Assembly (NCBI RefSeq): GCF_963921235.1
Contig: NC_086107.1
Span: forward strand, 93,312,001-93,376,000
From: Mobula hypostoma
Taxonomy: Eukaryota
Direction: 5' to 3'
Length of the DNA: 64,000 bases
Positions 10,278-22,302 of the stretch are shown here, in pieces. Below the pieces are notes generated by a model that saw nothing but the letters and a program-made list of their open reading frames with translations, had not been told where the DNA came from and made no database searches. Position numbers and translations under genes: made by a program. Position 1 is the first letter of the stretch, and each line of letters opens with the position of its first letter.

Positions 10278-13200
10278 TCTAATCCTTTCATTTCTTCTAC
10301 CAAAGGGCATGACCATATACTTCCCATCACCATACTCTGCTTGCCACTTCTTTACCCATTCTCCTAATCTGTCTGCGTCCTTCTGTAGTCTCTCCATCTC
10401 CTTAAAACTACCTGCCCCTCTACCTATTTTCATATCATCTGAAAACTTTGCAACAAAGCCATGAATTCCATCATCCAAACATTCGGCATATAACATAAAA
10501 AGGTTCTCTCCCAACACAGACATCTATGCCACTAGTCACCGGCAGCCAACCAGAAGAGGCTCCCTTTATTCCCACTCTTTGCCTCCTGCCAATCAGCTAC
10601 CGCTTTATCTATGCTAGAATCTTTCCTGTAATACCATGAGCTCATAGCTTGTTAAGTAGTCTTATGTGTGGCAACTTGTCAAAGCCTTTCTGAAAATCTA
10701 AGTAGACAACATTAATCTTTTGTCTATCCTGCTTGTTATTTCTTCAAAGAATTCTAACAGATTTGCCAGGCAAGATTTTCCTTTCTGGAAACCATGCTGA
10801 CTACGGCCTATTTTATCATGTACCTTCAGGTACTCTGAGACCGCATCCTTGATAATCAACTCCAACATCTTCCCAGCCACTGAGGTCAGACTAATAGGCC
10901 TATAGTTTCCTTTCTTCTCTCTTTCCTTTCTTGAAGAGTGCAGTGGCAGTTGCAATTTTCCAGTCTTCAGGAACCATTCCAGAATCTAGTGATTCTTGAA
11001 AGATCATTACTAATACCTCCACAATCTCTTCAGCTACCTCTTTTAGAACCCAGGGGAATACACCATCTGGCCCAGCTGACTTATCTATCTTCAGACCTTT
11101 CAGTTTCCCAAGAACCTTCTCTCTAGTAATGGTAACTTCACACTTAATGACCCCTAACACCAGAAAACTCCACCATGTTGCTAATGTCTTCCACAGTATT
11201 GCAAAATACTTATTCAGTTTGTCCACCATTTTGTTGTCCCACATTACTACCTCTCCAGCATATTTTTCCAGTAGACCAATATCCACTCTCATCTCTCTTT
11301 TACACTTTGTGTATCTGAAGAAACTCTTGGTATCCCCTTTAACATTATTGGCTAGTTTATTTTCATATTTCATTTTTACCTTCTTAATGACATTTTTCGA
11401 TGCCTTCTGTTAGCTTTTAAAGACTTCTCAATCCTATAACTTCCCATTAATTTTTACTATATCATATGCCCTCTCTTTGGCTTTTATTTTGATTTTGACT
11501 TCTCTTGTTAGCCACAGATGTGCCATCTTGCCTTTAGAATACCATTTGATCTTTGGGATGTATATATCCTGTGCCTTCCGAATAGCTTCCAGAAATTCCA
11601 GCCATTGCTGCTTTGCAGTTATTCCTCCCAGTGTTCTCTTCCAAACAATTCTGGCCAACTCCTCTCTCATCCCTCTGTAATTTCTTTTACTCCACTGTAA
11701 TACTGATACATCCGACTTTAGCTTCTCTTTCTCAAATTTCAGGGTGAATTTGATCATGTTCGATCTCTTTCCCCCAAGGGATCTTTTACCTTAAGCTCAC
11801 CAATCAATTCCATTTCATTACACAACTCCCAATCCAGAATAGCTGATCCCCTGGTGGGCTCAACTACAAGCTGCTGTAAAAAGCCATCTTATAGACATTC
11901 TAGAAATGCTGCCTCCTGGGATCCAGCACCAGCCTAATTTTCTGAATCTGCCTGTATGTTGAAATCCCACATGACTATTGTAATATTGCCCTTTTGGCAT
12001 CCATTTTCTATCTCACTTTGTAATTTGAAGACCACATCCTTACTTCTGTTTGGGGGTCTGTATACAACTCCCATCAGGGTCTCTTTACCCTTGCCATTTC
12101 TTAGCTCTACCCACAATGATTCAGCACCTTCAGACGCTATGTTTCTAATTATTTGATTTCATTTTTAACAACAGAGCAACCCTTCCTGCCTGTCCTTTCA
12201 ATACCAACTGGATCCTTGGACATTAAGCTCCCAGCTATAATCTTCTTTCAGCCATGATACAGTGATGCCTACAACACCATACATGCCAGTCTGAAAGTGT
12301 GCCACATTTCTGTACACTGCACATATCCCAACATAACACCTTCAGTCCCGTATTCACCCTTTACGATTTTGTCTCCCTCTTACGTTGCAGCTCACCCTGT
12401 GACTACAATTTTGCCCTATCAACAGCCTATCATCGTCACACATAATCTGTTTGTAAACCAGCCACCTCATCCCAGCACTATCGTCCACCTTTCCTACGAT
12501 ACTTCTTGCATTGAAATACACGCAGCTCAGGGCACAAGTCACACCATGCTCAACCTTTTGATTCCTAACTTTGTCTGAGGTCTTACTAACTTCTGCCTCC
12601 ACAATCTCTCCACTAACTGTCTGGCACTCTGATTCCCATCCCCCTGCAACTCTAGTCTAAACCCCACCATGCAGCATTAACAAACCTTCCTGCTAGGATA
12701 TTAGTCCCCCTCTAGTTCAGGTGCAAACCGTCCCTTCTGTACAGGTCACACCTGGAAGAGAGTCCAATGATCCAAAAACCTTATGCCTGCTCTCCTACAC
12801 CAACTCCTTAGCCACATATAATCTTGCTAGTTCTGGCCTCACTAGCACATGGCACGGGTAGCAATCCTAAGGTTACAACCCTGGAGGTCCTGGCCTTTAA
12901 CTTGGCACCTAACACCCTGAACTCCTTCTGCAGAACCTTGTCACTTGTCCTACCCATGTCATTGGTACCTATATGGACCACGATCTCTGGCTGTTCACCC
13001 TCCAACTTAAGAATGCTGAGGACTTGATGCAAGATGCCCCAGGCCCTGGCATCCTGGAGGCAACATTCTAGCCGGGAATCTTCTTCTTGACCACAGAACC
13101 TCCGGTCCGTTCCTCTAACAAATCCCCTATCACCACAACAAAGTGCCTTTTCTCCCCCTTTCCCTTCTGACTCACAAAGCTGGACTTAGTGCCAGAGAAG

Positions 13201-13760
13201 CGACCACTGTGACATTCCTCTGTGAGGTCAACCCCACTATCCCCAACTGTATCCAAAGTGATATACCTGATGTTGAGGGGGATGATACTCTGCACTGACT
13301 CCTTAATCCTTTTCCCCTTCCCCACTGTCACCCAGCTTCCAGTGTCCTGCACCTTGGGTGTAACTACCTCTCTATACTGCATGTCCTATTGATCACCCCT
13401 CCTGCCTCCTAAGTGATCCAGAGTTCACCCAGTTGCAGCTCTGACTCCATTACAGGGATTGTTAGAAGCTGCAGATGGATGCACTTCTCACAGTTGTAGT
13501 CATCAGGGACACTGGAGATCTCCCTGCCTTCCCACATCCCGCAAGAGGACCATTCCACCATCCTGCCTGGCATCTCCACTGTCCAAGCTGAGCAGATATG
13601 AAGAAGGGGAGGGGAAAAAAAAACTTAACCCTGAGTTTTTCTTTGTTTTCTCTGACTGTTGCCTCGAGGAGCTAAAGCCTCAAGATCACCACTCTGACTC
13701 TGCCCACTCAGACAACCGCCACTGCGCTCCCCCCGCCTTCCTTTAATGTGCTCTTGCTAA
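10278..13760 (-). mobile_element. Decayed CR1 LINE retaining 5' UTR, ORF1 (Cys-motif N-terminus and SGNH esterase) and most of ORF2 (APE-RT)
   Basis: About 13570 reads MPGRMVEWSSCGMW...DDYNCEKC. ORF 12808-13032 has VVHIGTNDM. APE motifs CVYFNARSI and GVVYRPPN. RT motifs NYRPISLTS, QHGF..GKSCL and KFSDD. Many stops and frameshifts. Confidence 0.92.
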
Positions 13761-14181
13761 TCAGTCCCAAAAGTGGAGTGGTCGCTGGTCAAAGCTCTAT
13801 TGCACTGCAGCAACCCACTGCTCCCTTTTCTACTCGGGTAGTGAACCTGAGTGAAATCCCCCCTCCTCAATACTTCCGATGTTTCGATGGGGCAGTGGGG
13901 GTGCGGGGACGTGAGTCTGACAACAGTGAGGTAGAAGCTCCCCTTGAACCTGGTGGCACATGATTTCAGGGTTTTGCATCTTCTGCCCAATGGGAGAGGG
14001 GAAAACAGAGAATGTCTGCCTGGCCTGCCTTACTGCCTGCTTTCCTGAGGCAGCATGAAGTGAAGACAGGGTTCACGGAGAGGAGGCTAGTTCCTGTAAT
14101 GTGCTGATCTGTGCCCACAACTCTCTGTAGTTTCTTGTGGCTGCGTGCAAAGCAGTTGCCGTACCAAGCCGCGATGAGCTT

Positions 14182-14457
14182 ATTGGTCACATGTATATCG
14201 AAACATTTAGTAAAGTGAGTTGTTTGCGTCAATGACCAACACAGAGCGAGGACGTGCTGGGGTCAGCCCGCACGCTTCCGGCGCCAACATACCGTGCCCA
14301 CGACATACTAACCATGACTCCAACTTCCTTGGAATCCACATGGACACAGGGAGAACATACAAACTCCATACAGACCGCAGCAAGAATCGAACCATGACCG
14401 GAGATCACTGGCACTGTAAAACGACTGCACTAACCACTTTGTTAGCGTGCCGTCCCA
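14182..14457 (-). mobile_element. V-domain SINE variant nested in a Rex1 fragment (about 13860-14540)
   Basis: The minus strand has ctgtatggagtttgtatgttctccctgtg (V-domain core). Related copies at about 21360-21600 and 30561-30885. Confidence 0.65.
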
Positions 14458-15492
14458 GTCAGTGACGTATCCGGACAGGGATGCCTCTGTGATGCATTGA
14501 CGTACATTGGTAAGAGTCGACATGAAGATGCTGAATTTCTCCTAATGTCCACGGTCAACATTCGCTTACAGCGCATCTCCTGGAGTATCACCGGATGTTG
14601 AACTCATTCAGTCCATCATTGATGTACCAGCTCTTTCAGAAGAACTTTCGTAGAACAACAGTAGACATAGAACATTGAAGTACACGGCAACAGGAACAGA
14701 CCCTTTGCCCCCCAACGTTGTGCTGAATTAATTATGCTAATAACATCTGAATACACTAATCCCTTCCGTTTGCATGTGATCCATCTGTCTATCTAATTTA
14801 TCACCCTTCACCACCAATCCTGGCACCTACCCATCTGTACATATTGAAAAAAACTTGCCTTGTACATCTCCTTTGAACTTTCCTCCTCTAACCTTAAATG
14901 CATAACATCCAGTATCAGAATCACGCTTAGTATCACACATACCATATGTCAAAACTTACTGTTTTGTGGCGGCAGTACAGTGCAACATAAAATCTATATA
15001 TCATATTAATAAATATTATAATACACTTTATAAATAAATAAGTAGGGCAAAAGAGCAAAAGTAGTGAGTTAGTGTTCATGGGTTTATTGTCCATTCGGAA
15101 ATCTGATGGTGGAGGGGTAAAAGCATTGAGGGTGTGCCTTCGTGCTCCTGTACCTCCTCCCTGATGGTAGTATACCAGCTATCTGTTCTATGTCTCTCTT
15201 AATTTCATAAACCTCCATCAGGTCTCCCCTCAACCTTCACCACTTCTGGGAAGACAACCCAAGACCATCCAATCTCTCTAATCCAGCCAGCACTCTGGTA
15301 AAGTTTAAAGGCACCTTGGTTCAAACTTCTCCTATTCTTTCCTCCATTCTAAAAATCCTTCCCCTCTCCTAGTATATATATATCTAATTCCCTATTGAAA
15401 GATTTATTGAGGCTGTGATCCCCTCTTTACAAATCTGAACAATAAAATTTCAGAATGAGAATCAGGTTTATTATCGCTGATATACTGTATTT

Positions 15493-15798
15493 GGGCATGT
15501 GGCCAAGTGGTTAAGGCATTGGACTAGTGACCTGAAGGTCATGAGTTTGAGCCCCAGCTGAGGCAGCATGTTGTGTCCTTGAGCAAGGCACTTAACAACA
15601 CATTGCTCTGCGACGACACTGGTCAAGCTGTATGGGTCCTAATGCCCTTCCCTTGGACAAAATTGGTGTTGTGGAAGGGGGAGACTTGCAGCATGGGCAA
15701 CTGCTGGTCTTCCATACAACCTTGCCCAGGCCTGCGCCCTGGAGAGTGAAGACTTTCCAGGCTCAGATCCATGGTCTCGCAAGACTAACGGATGCCTT
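15493..15798 (+). mobile_element. tRNA-derived SINE (about 305 bp), copy 1
   Basis: A-box TGGCCAAGTGG and B-box-like GAGTTTGAGCCCC. Central GTGTCCTTGAGCAAGGCACTTAAC. TSD TACTGTAT at 15483-15490 and 15799-15806. Confidence 0.9.
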
Positions 15799-17509
15799 TA
15801 CTGTATGTCATGAAGTTTGTAGTTTTGCAGCAGTGCAGAGCAATACATAAAAGTTACTGTATGTTATATATAAACACACATAAATAATGCAGAAATAGAG
15901 CAAAAAGTAGTGTTCATGGTTTCATTGTCCATGCAGAAATCTGAAAAGTTGAGTGTGTCTTCAGGCTCTCCTACCTCTACCCTGATGGTGGTAGTGAGAA
16001 GAGGGCATGTCCTGGGTGGTGAAGTTCCTTCAACATGGATGCTGCCTCCTTGGGGCATCACCTACTGTAGGTGTCCTCTCTGGTAGGGAGGGTGTGCCCA
16101 TGATGGAGCTGGTTGAGTTTACAAACCTCTGCAACTCTTACTGATCCTGCGCATTGGCCACACCAGACAGTGATGCAGCCAGAAATGCAAAGAGCTACCT
16201 TATTAATTTTCTACCCTAACCCCATAAATTTTACTTCTTACAAAGTATAGGCTCTGGGAAATGCCTTACCCCCTTGCAGATCTTGCAAAGGTCATTTCCA
16301 GGTTCTTTTTTGCTTAAATATTCTTCCAAGAGTGTTTGGTTTCTGTCAGTTGGACAAGTCTCCAACTTTCGATCAAACAGGGTTGAACGTGGCACAAGGG
16401 ACCTTAAATTCCATCTCCGCGGTTACACTGATGCACTACAGAAAGCATCCTGACGATTTGTGTCTCAAGCTAGTGTAGTGACTGCTCTGTTCTAGGCCAT
16501 TGGAACCTGGTAAACACTGCCCAGTCTGTCACAGGCTCATCACTTCCTTCCATCCGGTCCATCTTCACCAGACATTGCTTCAGGAAGGTCATCAAGTATC
16601 AAGTCCTGCCACCTAGCCATTCCCTGTTCTCTCTTAAGACCATAAGACCTTGGAGCAGAATTAGGCCATTCGGCCCATCTGCTTCACTGTTCCATCATGT
16701 CTGATTTATTATCCCCATTCCCCTGACTTCGCCCCATAACCATTAACTCCCTTACTAATCAAAAACCTGTCAACCTCCTCTTTAAATGTACCCAATGATC
16801 TGGCCTCCACAACCATCTGTAGGAATGAATTCGAGATCTACCACCTTCTGTCTACTGGTATCTTCTACCTTCTCGGGGAAGATACAGGCGATTGAGAGCC
16901 TGGAACACCAGACTCCAGAACAACTTCATCCTCACTGCTGAAACAGTTACCTCTCTGAATGGTCCTGCTTGGTTCTTGTGAATGGTTCTTGGACTATGCT
17001 CAGTTTTTCCCATAATTGTCATTTTAACATTTTCTTCTGCACCACTTCAGTCTACAATCTCTTCACTGTTTCATTGATTTGCACTCACTGTTGTATTTGT
17101 TATAATCTTGTACACCGTTAATTCCTTGAGCTTCAGGTGAGTAAAGAATTTCACTGCACCCTGGTGCATACGACAACAAACTAATCCAATTTCTAATCCA
17201 TCTCCTCAGCTCACACCCATGAGACTTGCAAAGCTCTTCTCCCACCGCCACTCAAATGAGCCCATCTCCACATGAACCAATCACACTAAAAGCTTTATGG
17301 AAGTTCTCCTATCCAGTCAAGACTTCCAATCCCACAGAGTTGCAGTCAAACTTCAACCAAAAATTATTGCTGAGGATCTTGAGCAGGAGAGCTTTCAGCT
17401 TTACCGCGAATGGTGGGATTGTTCTGCCTCTATGTCAGTCTTCTTGCCTCCATCTTTCCCAGTGAGAGGAGGGAATTATTAATTTTAAAAAACACGCACA
17501 TGAGAGAGA

Positions 17510-18020
17510 TAGGTATTGGTATTGCTATTGGCCTGTTATTGCCACATGAAAGGTGCAAGGACCTGTGTCTCTTCATTCTGAGTAGCAGTGTGACAAAGAA
17601 CTCTGATCTACAGGCTGTTGCCAGGGACATTCAGAGGTGGGGACATCAAGTACTGCTTGAAGATCATCAGCTTGGTGAAAAACACCACTTGGCCTGCTAG
17701 CACAGTGAGATGTCCATAGAGGAATGCCATCGACTGGCACATTCAAGGGTTCAGGAGTACATGCTGAGGGACACACAGAAGCCAGGTGCAAGGGCTTGGT
17801 GTGGGATGACCACAGCACAGGTTTCTTCTTCTGTTTCTGGCCAGTTTTCGGTGAGGAAGCCCCTCAATTACTGTGACAGTGTACCACCCTCGAGGGCCAC
17901 ATGAGCAGCAACAGTCCTATTGGTTTTAAGTAATAGAATACGACTTAGCACATTGAATGCAAGAATGAAAAGACATTGTACAGCTTATTCTTGTAAATAT
18001 TTTTATTATGAATGAAGTTG
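17510..18020 (+). mobile_element. Tx1/L1-clade LINE 3' fragment
   Basis: ORF 17710-17904 (MSIEECHRLAHSRVQEYMLRD) resembles Tx1-type ORF2 C-termini. An A-rich tail follows. Confidence 0.6.
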
Positions 18021-18402
18021 ATAGAAAAATAAGTTAGAGAAAAGTTTAGTCTCCATACTGTTCAAACAGATCAAATTACACAGTGTATTGAGCTAGAATA
18101 TGGCAAAACAATAAAAAGGCAGAATAAAATGTAAAAGCTACTGAAAAGTGTTGTACAGGTAAACGATAATATGCAAGATCATAATGAGATGGATTGTGAA
18201 CCCAAGAGTGCATCTTACCATTCAAGAGTCTGATAACATTGGGTAGAAGCTGTCCTTGAGCCTGGCTGCATTGCCTATCTCCACCTCCCCCAACATATCT
18301 GAAAACTGCAGGTGTCCACAAGGTCTCCAGTTCCTGGGAGAAATGGAGTAAAGGTGTGTTAGGTGTAAAACTAGCACTGGACAGACATCAGTAAGTCAAG
18401 GT

Positions 18403-19420
18403 TGTCACATGTTGGGCAGTGGGAGCAGACCCAAATGCAAGGCACAGACACTGAAGTACTAAGAACAGGATAGGACTAGGGAACTAGAGTTAGGGACAGG
18501 ACTGGATGCAGACTAGGAGCTGGGACAAGAACACAGACTTGGGCTGGTAAGCAGGACCAGGACTAGGAATTGGGAACTGGGAGCTTGGGTTTGGACTCCA
18601 AGCCAGAGACTGGACAAGGTCCCAGAACCTGGGCCTCGACACGGGCTTGGACCCTGGAACTCGGCGAGGACATGATGTGGCTACAGGACTGGACATGGCT
18701 TGGGTTCCTCGAGGCGAGGACATGGCGAGGCTTGGGTTCCTCAAGGCGAGGACATGACTTGGTCTTGGGAGACAGGACTAGGCGGGGCTACAGGATAGAA
18801 CCAGAGACTCCTGGGCAAGATGAGGGAACTCCAGCACAGGATGAGGCACATGAAGCCAAGCCTTGGTCCGGGGGGACCCCTCCTTGGGAACAGGACGTAG
18901 GGCCGGGACTCATACACAGAATGCTGAACATGACGAGACGGTTCCAAACACAAGGTAGCGGCAAATGACCGGACCTACCTAGTGAAGGCATGGACACAAA
19001 ACAATGATAGACAGTTCCTTGTCTTGCTCCAGCAGTTGAATTTGATAGCAGTGCAGGCAAGGGTTAAGGTAAGGCAAGGCTTCAGACAAGGCGAGGCTTC
19101 AGACAAGACGAGGCGAGGCGAGGCTTCAGACAAGGCGAGGAGAGGCTTCAGACGAGACGAGACGAGGCGAGGCGAGGCGAGGCAAGGCTTCAGATGAGGC
19201 AAGATGAGGCGAGGCTTCAGGCAGTGCTCCAGAAGGAAGGTGAAGGGAAGAGAACAGTGCAGCAAATGAAGCTGAACCCAGGAGCTATTTATGTAGCAGC
19301 CCAAAATCAGAATCATGTGTTTCAATTAAGGCACACAACAGGACAAGGGAAAACCTGGAATACGGATCGATGGACTGGCCTGTGAACCGGAATGCGGACT
19401 TCACAGACCAGACCGTGACA
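18403..19420 (-). mobile_element. Solo LTR (1018 bp) with internal short tandem repeats
   Basis: Termini TGTCAC...GTGACA. Perfect 5-bp TSD AAGGT at 18398-18402 and 19421-19425. (gaggc/aaggc) and ttcagac repeats at 19065-19222. Orientation is inferred from a TATA-like motif near 19286. Confidence 0.9.
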
Positions 19421-19475
19421 AAGGTGAATTATGAATAAGAGAGAGTGTCTGGACTGATGTTGGGAAGACAGTATA

Positions 19476-20176
19476 TAACAAACGGCCACATTATTAGGTA
19501 TCGCCTGTACCTAATACAGAGACCAATGAGTGTATGTTCATGGTCTTCTAGTGTTGTAGCCCATCCACATCAAGTTTCACTGTATAATGATTTGACCTGT
19601 TCGAACAGTATGCAGGCCAAACTTTCCTCTGTAACTTTTTTTCTATCAACCATTCATAATAAAAATATTTACAAGAACAAATCATGCAATGTGTTTTCAT
19701 TCTTACATTCATAGTCAATGTGTAAAGTTATGCTTTTCTGCAAACCAATGTTGTAGCATGTGGTAATTTGAGTTATTGTCGCCTTCCTGTCTGCTTGAAC
19801 CAGTTTGGCCATTCTCCTCTGACCTCTCTCACTAAGAAGGCATTTTCGCCCACAGAACTGCCACTCTCTGGATTTTTTTTTTGTTTTCCACACCATTGTC
19901 TCTAAACTCTTAGAGACTGCTGTGTGCAAAAACCCCAGGGGACCAGCAGGTTCTGAGATACTCAAACCACCCTATCTGGCACCAACAATCATTCTGCAGT
20001 CAAAGTCGCTTAGATTACATTTCTTCCCCATTCTGATGTTTGGTCTGAACAGCAATTGAACATCTTACCATGTCGGCAAGCTTTTATGCATTGAATTGCA
20101 GCCACATGACTGGCTGATTAGATATTTGCATTAACAAGCAGATGTATAGATTTACCTATTAAGTGGCCACTGGGTG
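19476..20176 (-). mobile_element. Internally deleted Tc1-like transposon
   Basis: TIR of the CACTCAGTGGCCACTTTATTAGGTAC type with a TA target. ORF 19669-19965 has a Tc1 HTH region (GRKCLLSERGQRRMAKLVQADRKAT). Confidence 0.85.
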
Positions 20177-20334
20177 TACACATAATTGGTGGGGCACTAA
20201 AGAATGCTGATGAACCGGGGAGATTTTGCAGTTCAAATCCATAATTCTCTGAAAGTGCAACACAGGTCAATAAGGTGGTGAGGGCAACCTACAGCCCTGA
20301 CTGCTGGGGGAATAGCTCTGTTCAATGCAGGTCA

Positions 20335-21350
20335 GATCTTCCATTGTATTCCGGATAATGGGCTACCTGATTGACAGACCACAGTTAATGCAGCTTCAGA
20401 ACTGTGTGTCAGATGTGCTATAAGCAGGACTGGGACTTCACAGGGGTCTGTATTGGCTCCCTTCCTGTTTACTCTGTATACCTCGGACTTCAGATACAAA
20501 GCTGAGTCATGTCATCTGCAGAAGTTCCCTGATGACTCAGTGATAGTTGTGTGTATGAAGGGACAACTGGAGGATGAAGACTTTGTCAAATGGTGCAAGC
20601 TGAATTACCTGCAGCTCAACATCAGTAGGACACAGGAGATGGTGATGGACTTCAGGAAGGCTAGGCCTGCACTGCTCCCTGTTCCTATTGATGGTAAGGA
20701 TGTGGATGTGGTGAGGACCTACAAGTACCTGGGGGTGCTCCTCGATGACAGATTTGAGTGGAGCATCAACACAGAGGCTGTGTACAAGAAGGGCCAAAGT
20801 CACTTCTACTTCCTGAGGAGACTGAGGTCCTTTGGATGCAGGCCTCTCCTTCACATGTTCTACCAGTCTGTTATCAAACTTCTATGTGGTGGTGTGCTGG
20901 GGCAATGGCATCAACACAGGTGATGCCAACAGGCTCAATAAACTGATTAGAAAGGCTGGCTCTGTTATAGGAGTCAAACTGGACAGACAGGAGGCTGTAG
21001 TAGAACAAAGGATCCTATGGAAAATCCTGGCAACTGTGGACAATGTTTTGCATCCTTTGCATTTCAGCTTGGCTGAACAGAGGAGCGCTTTTGGTAATAG
21101 ACTAAGACAAATGCGCAGCTCCAAAGAGCGCTATATGAGGTCATTCTTACCCTTGGCCATTAGGTTCTATAATGAGTCAACCTATAGTCAGGAAAGTGAT
21201 GACCCCCTTCTGTCAGACTGTTTAAGGTAATTTATTTTTTATTCTTTCTTGCTTCTCTTCTAATATTTATATCTGTGCACTTGTAATGCTACTGTGACAC
21301 TGTAGTTTCCTTTGGGATTAATAAAGTATCTATCTATCCATCGATCTATC
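20335..21350 (+). mobile_element. Rex1/Babar LINE 3' fragment (RT)
   Basis: PFLFTLYTSD...QKFPDD...YKYLGV, SFLPLAIRFYN, and tail aataaagtatctatct. Confidence 0.9.
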
Positions 21351-21689
21351 AACAATCAAAAGACTGTGATTCAATCCCTAACACCGTCTTTAAGGAGTTT
21401 CCTCCATGTGCCTGGTTGTCAAAGATATTCGGGCATACGTCCGATTCCAAAAGACTTATGGGTAAGAGTAAATAAGTTGTGAGCATGCTACATTGGCACC
21501 AAAATCTTGGCCACCCTTATGTGCTGCCTCCTACACATTCTAAGACTGTGTTGGTTGTTGATGCAAGTGACACATTTCACTGTATGTTTCAATGTTTCAA
21601 GTTAAAGTCCAAGTTTATTGTTACTCAACCATACACATGTATATAGCTCAATAGTTCCTCAGGAGCCGAGGTGCAAAGCACGGTGCATA

Positions 21690-21842
21690 CGAGGGGTGAT
21701 TGATAAGCTTGTAGCCTAAGGGAGAAGGAGTCAATTTTAGAACACCTAGCACATTTATTTTTCAACATAGTCCCCTCCTACATTTACACACTTAGTCCAG
21801 CGGTCGTGGAGCATATGGATCCCTTCTTTGCAGAAGTCGGCA
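21690..21842 (-). mobile_element. mariner transposon 3' terminal fragment
   Basis: The minus strand translates DFCKEGIHMLHDRWTKCVNVGGDYVEK* (stop at 21755-21757), a typical mariner transposase C-terminus. The terminus is TA|CGAGGGGTG. Confidence 0.85.
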
Positions 21843-22302
21843 TAGAAGTACTGTATAGTCACACACAGCACATATAGTTTCGATCCAACACACAGAGTCA
21901 CAAGATAAAACTAGCACAAGTCCCTGAGTGGCTTGGCCTCAGCTTAACAGCTTGACACTAACTGCATGGCTGAAGTTTGTTGTGCTGTGCAAAGGTCTTA
22001 AATACATAGGTTTACATATATAGCTAGGGAGCCTAAGACTTTTGTATAGTACTGTTGTAATTTTATGTATTTCATTGTACTGCTGCCAAAAAAGAAAAAG
22101 CATTTCATGACAGGTGTGAGTGATGATAAATCTAATTCTGATATGGGTCTCTATTGTGGACTGAGAGTCGGAAGGGGGCTGGGAGAGGGGAATTGTGGTT
22201 GGGAAAGGGGGGAGGAAGAGGGGACGGAGTGGGGAGCAGCAGAGAGATATCCTGTAATGATCAATAAATCAATCAATAAACCAATAAAACAATAAATCAA
22301 TA

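Noticed and set aside
15493..15565. tRNA gene
   Set aside because: It is the head of a multi-copy SINE with TSDs; no convincing cloverleaf.
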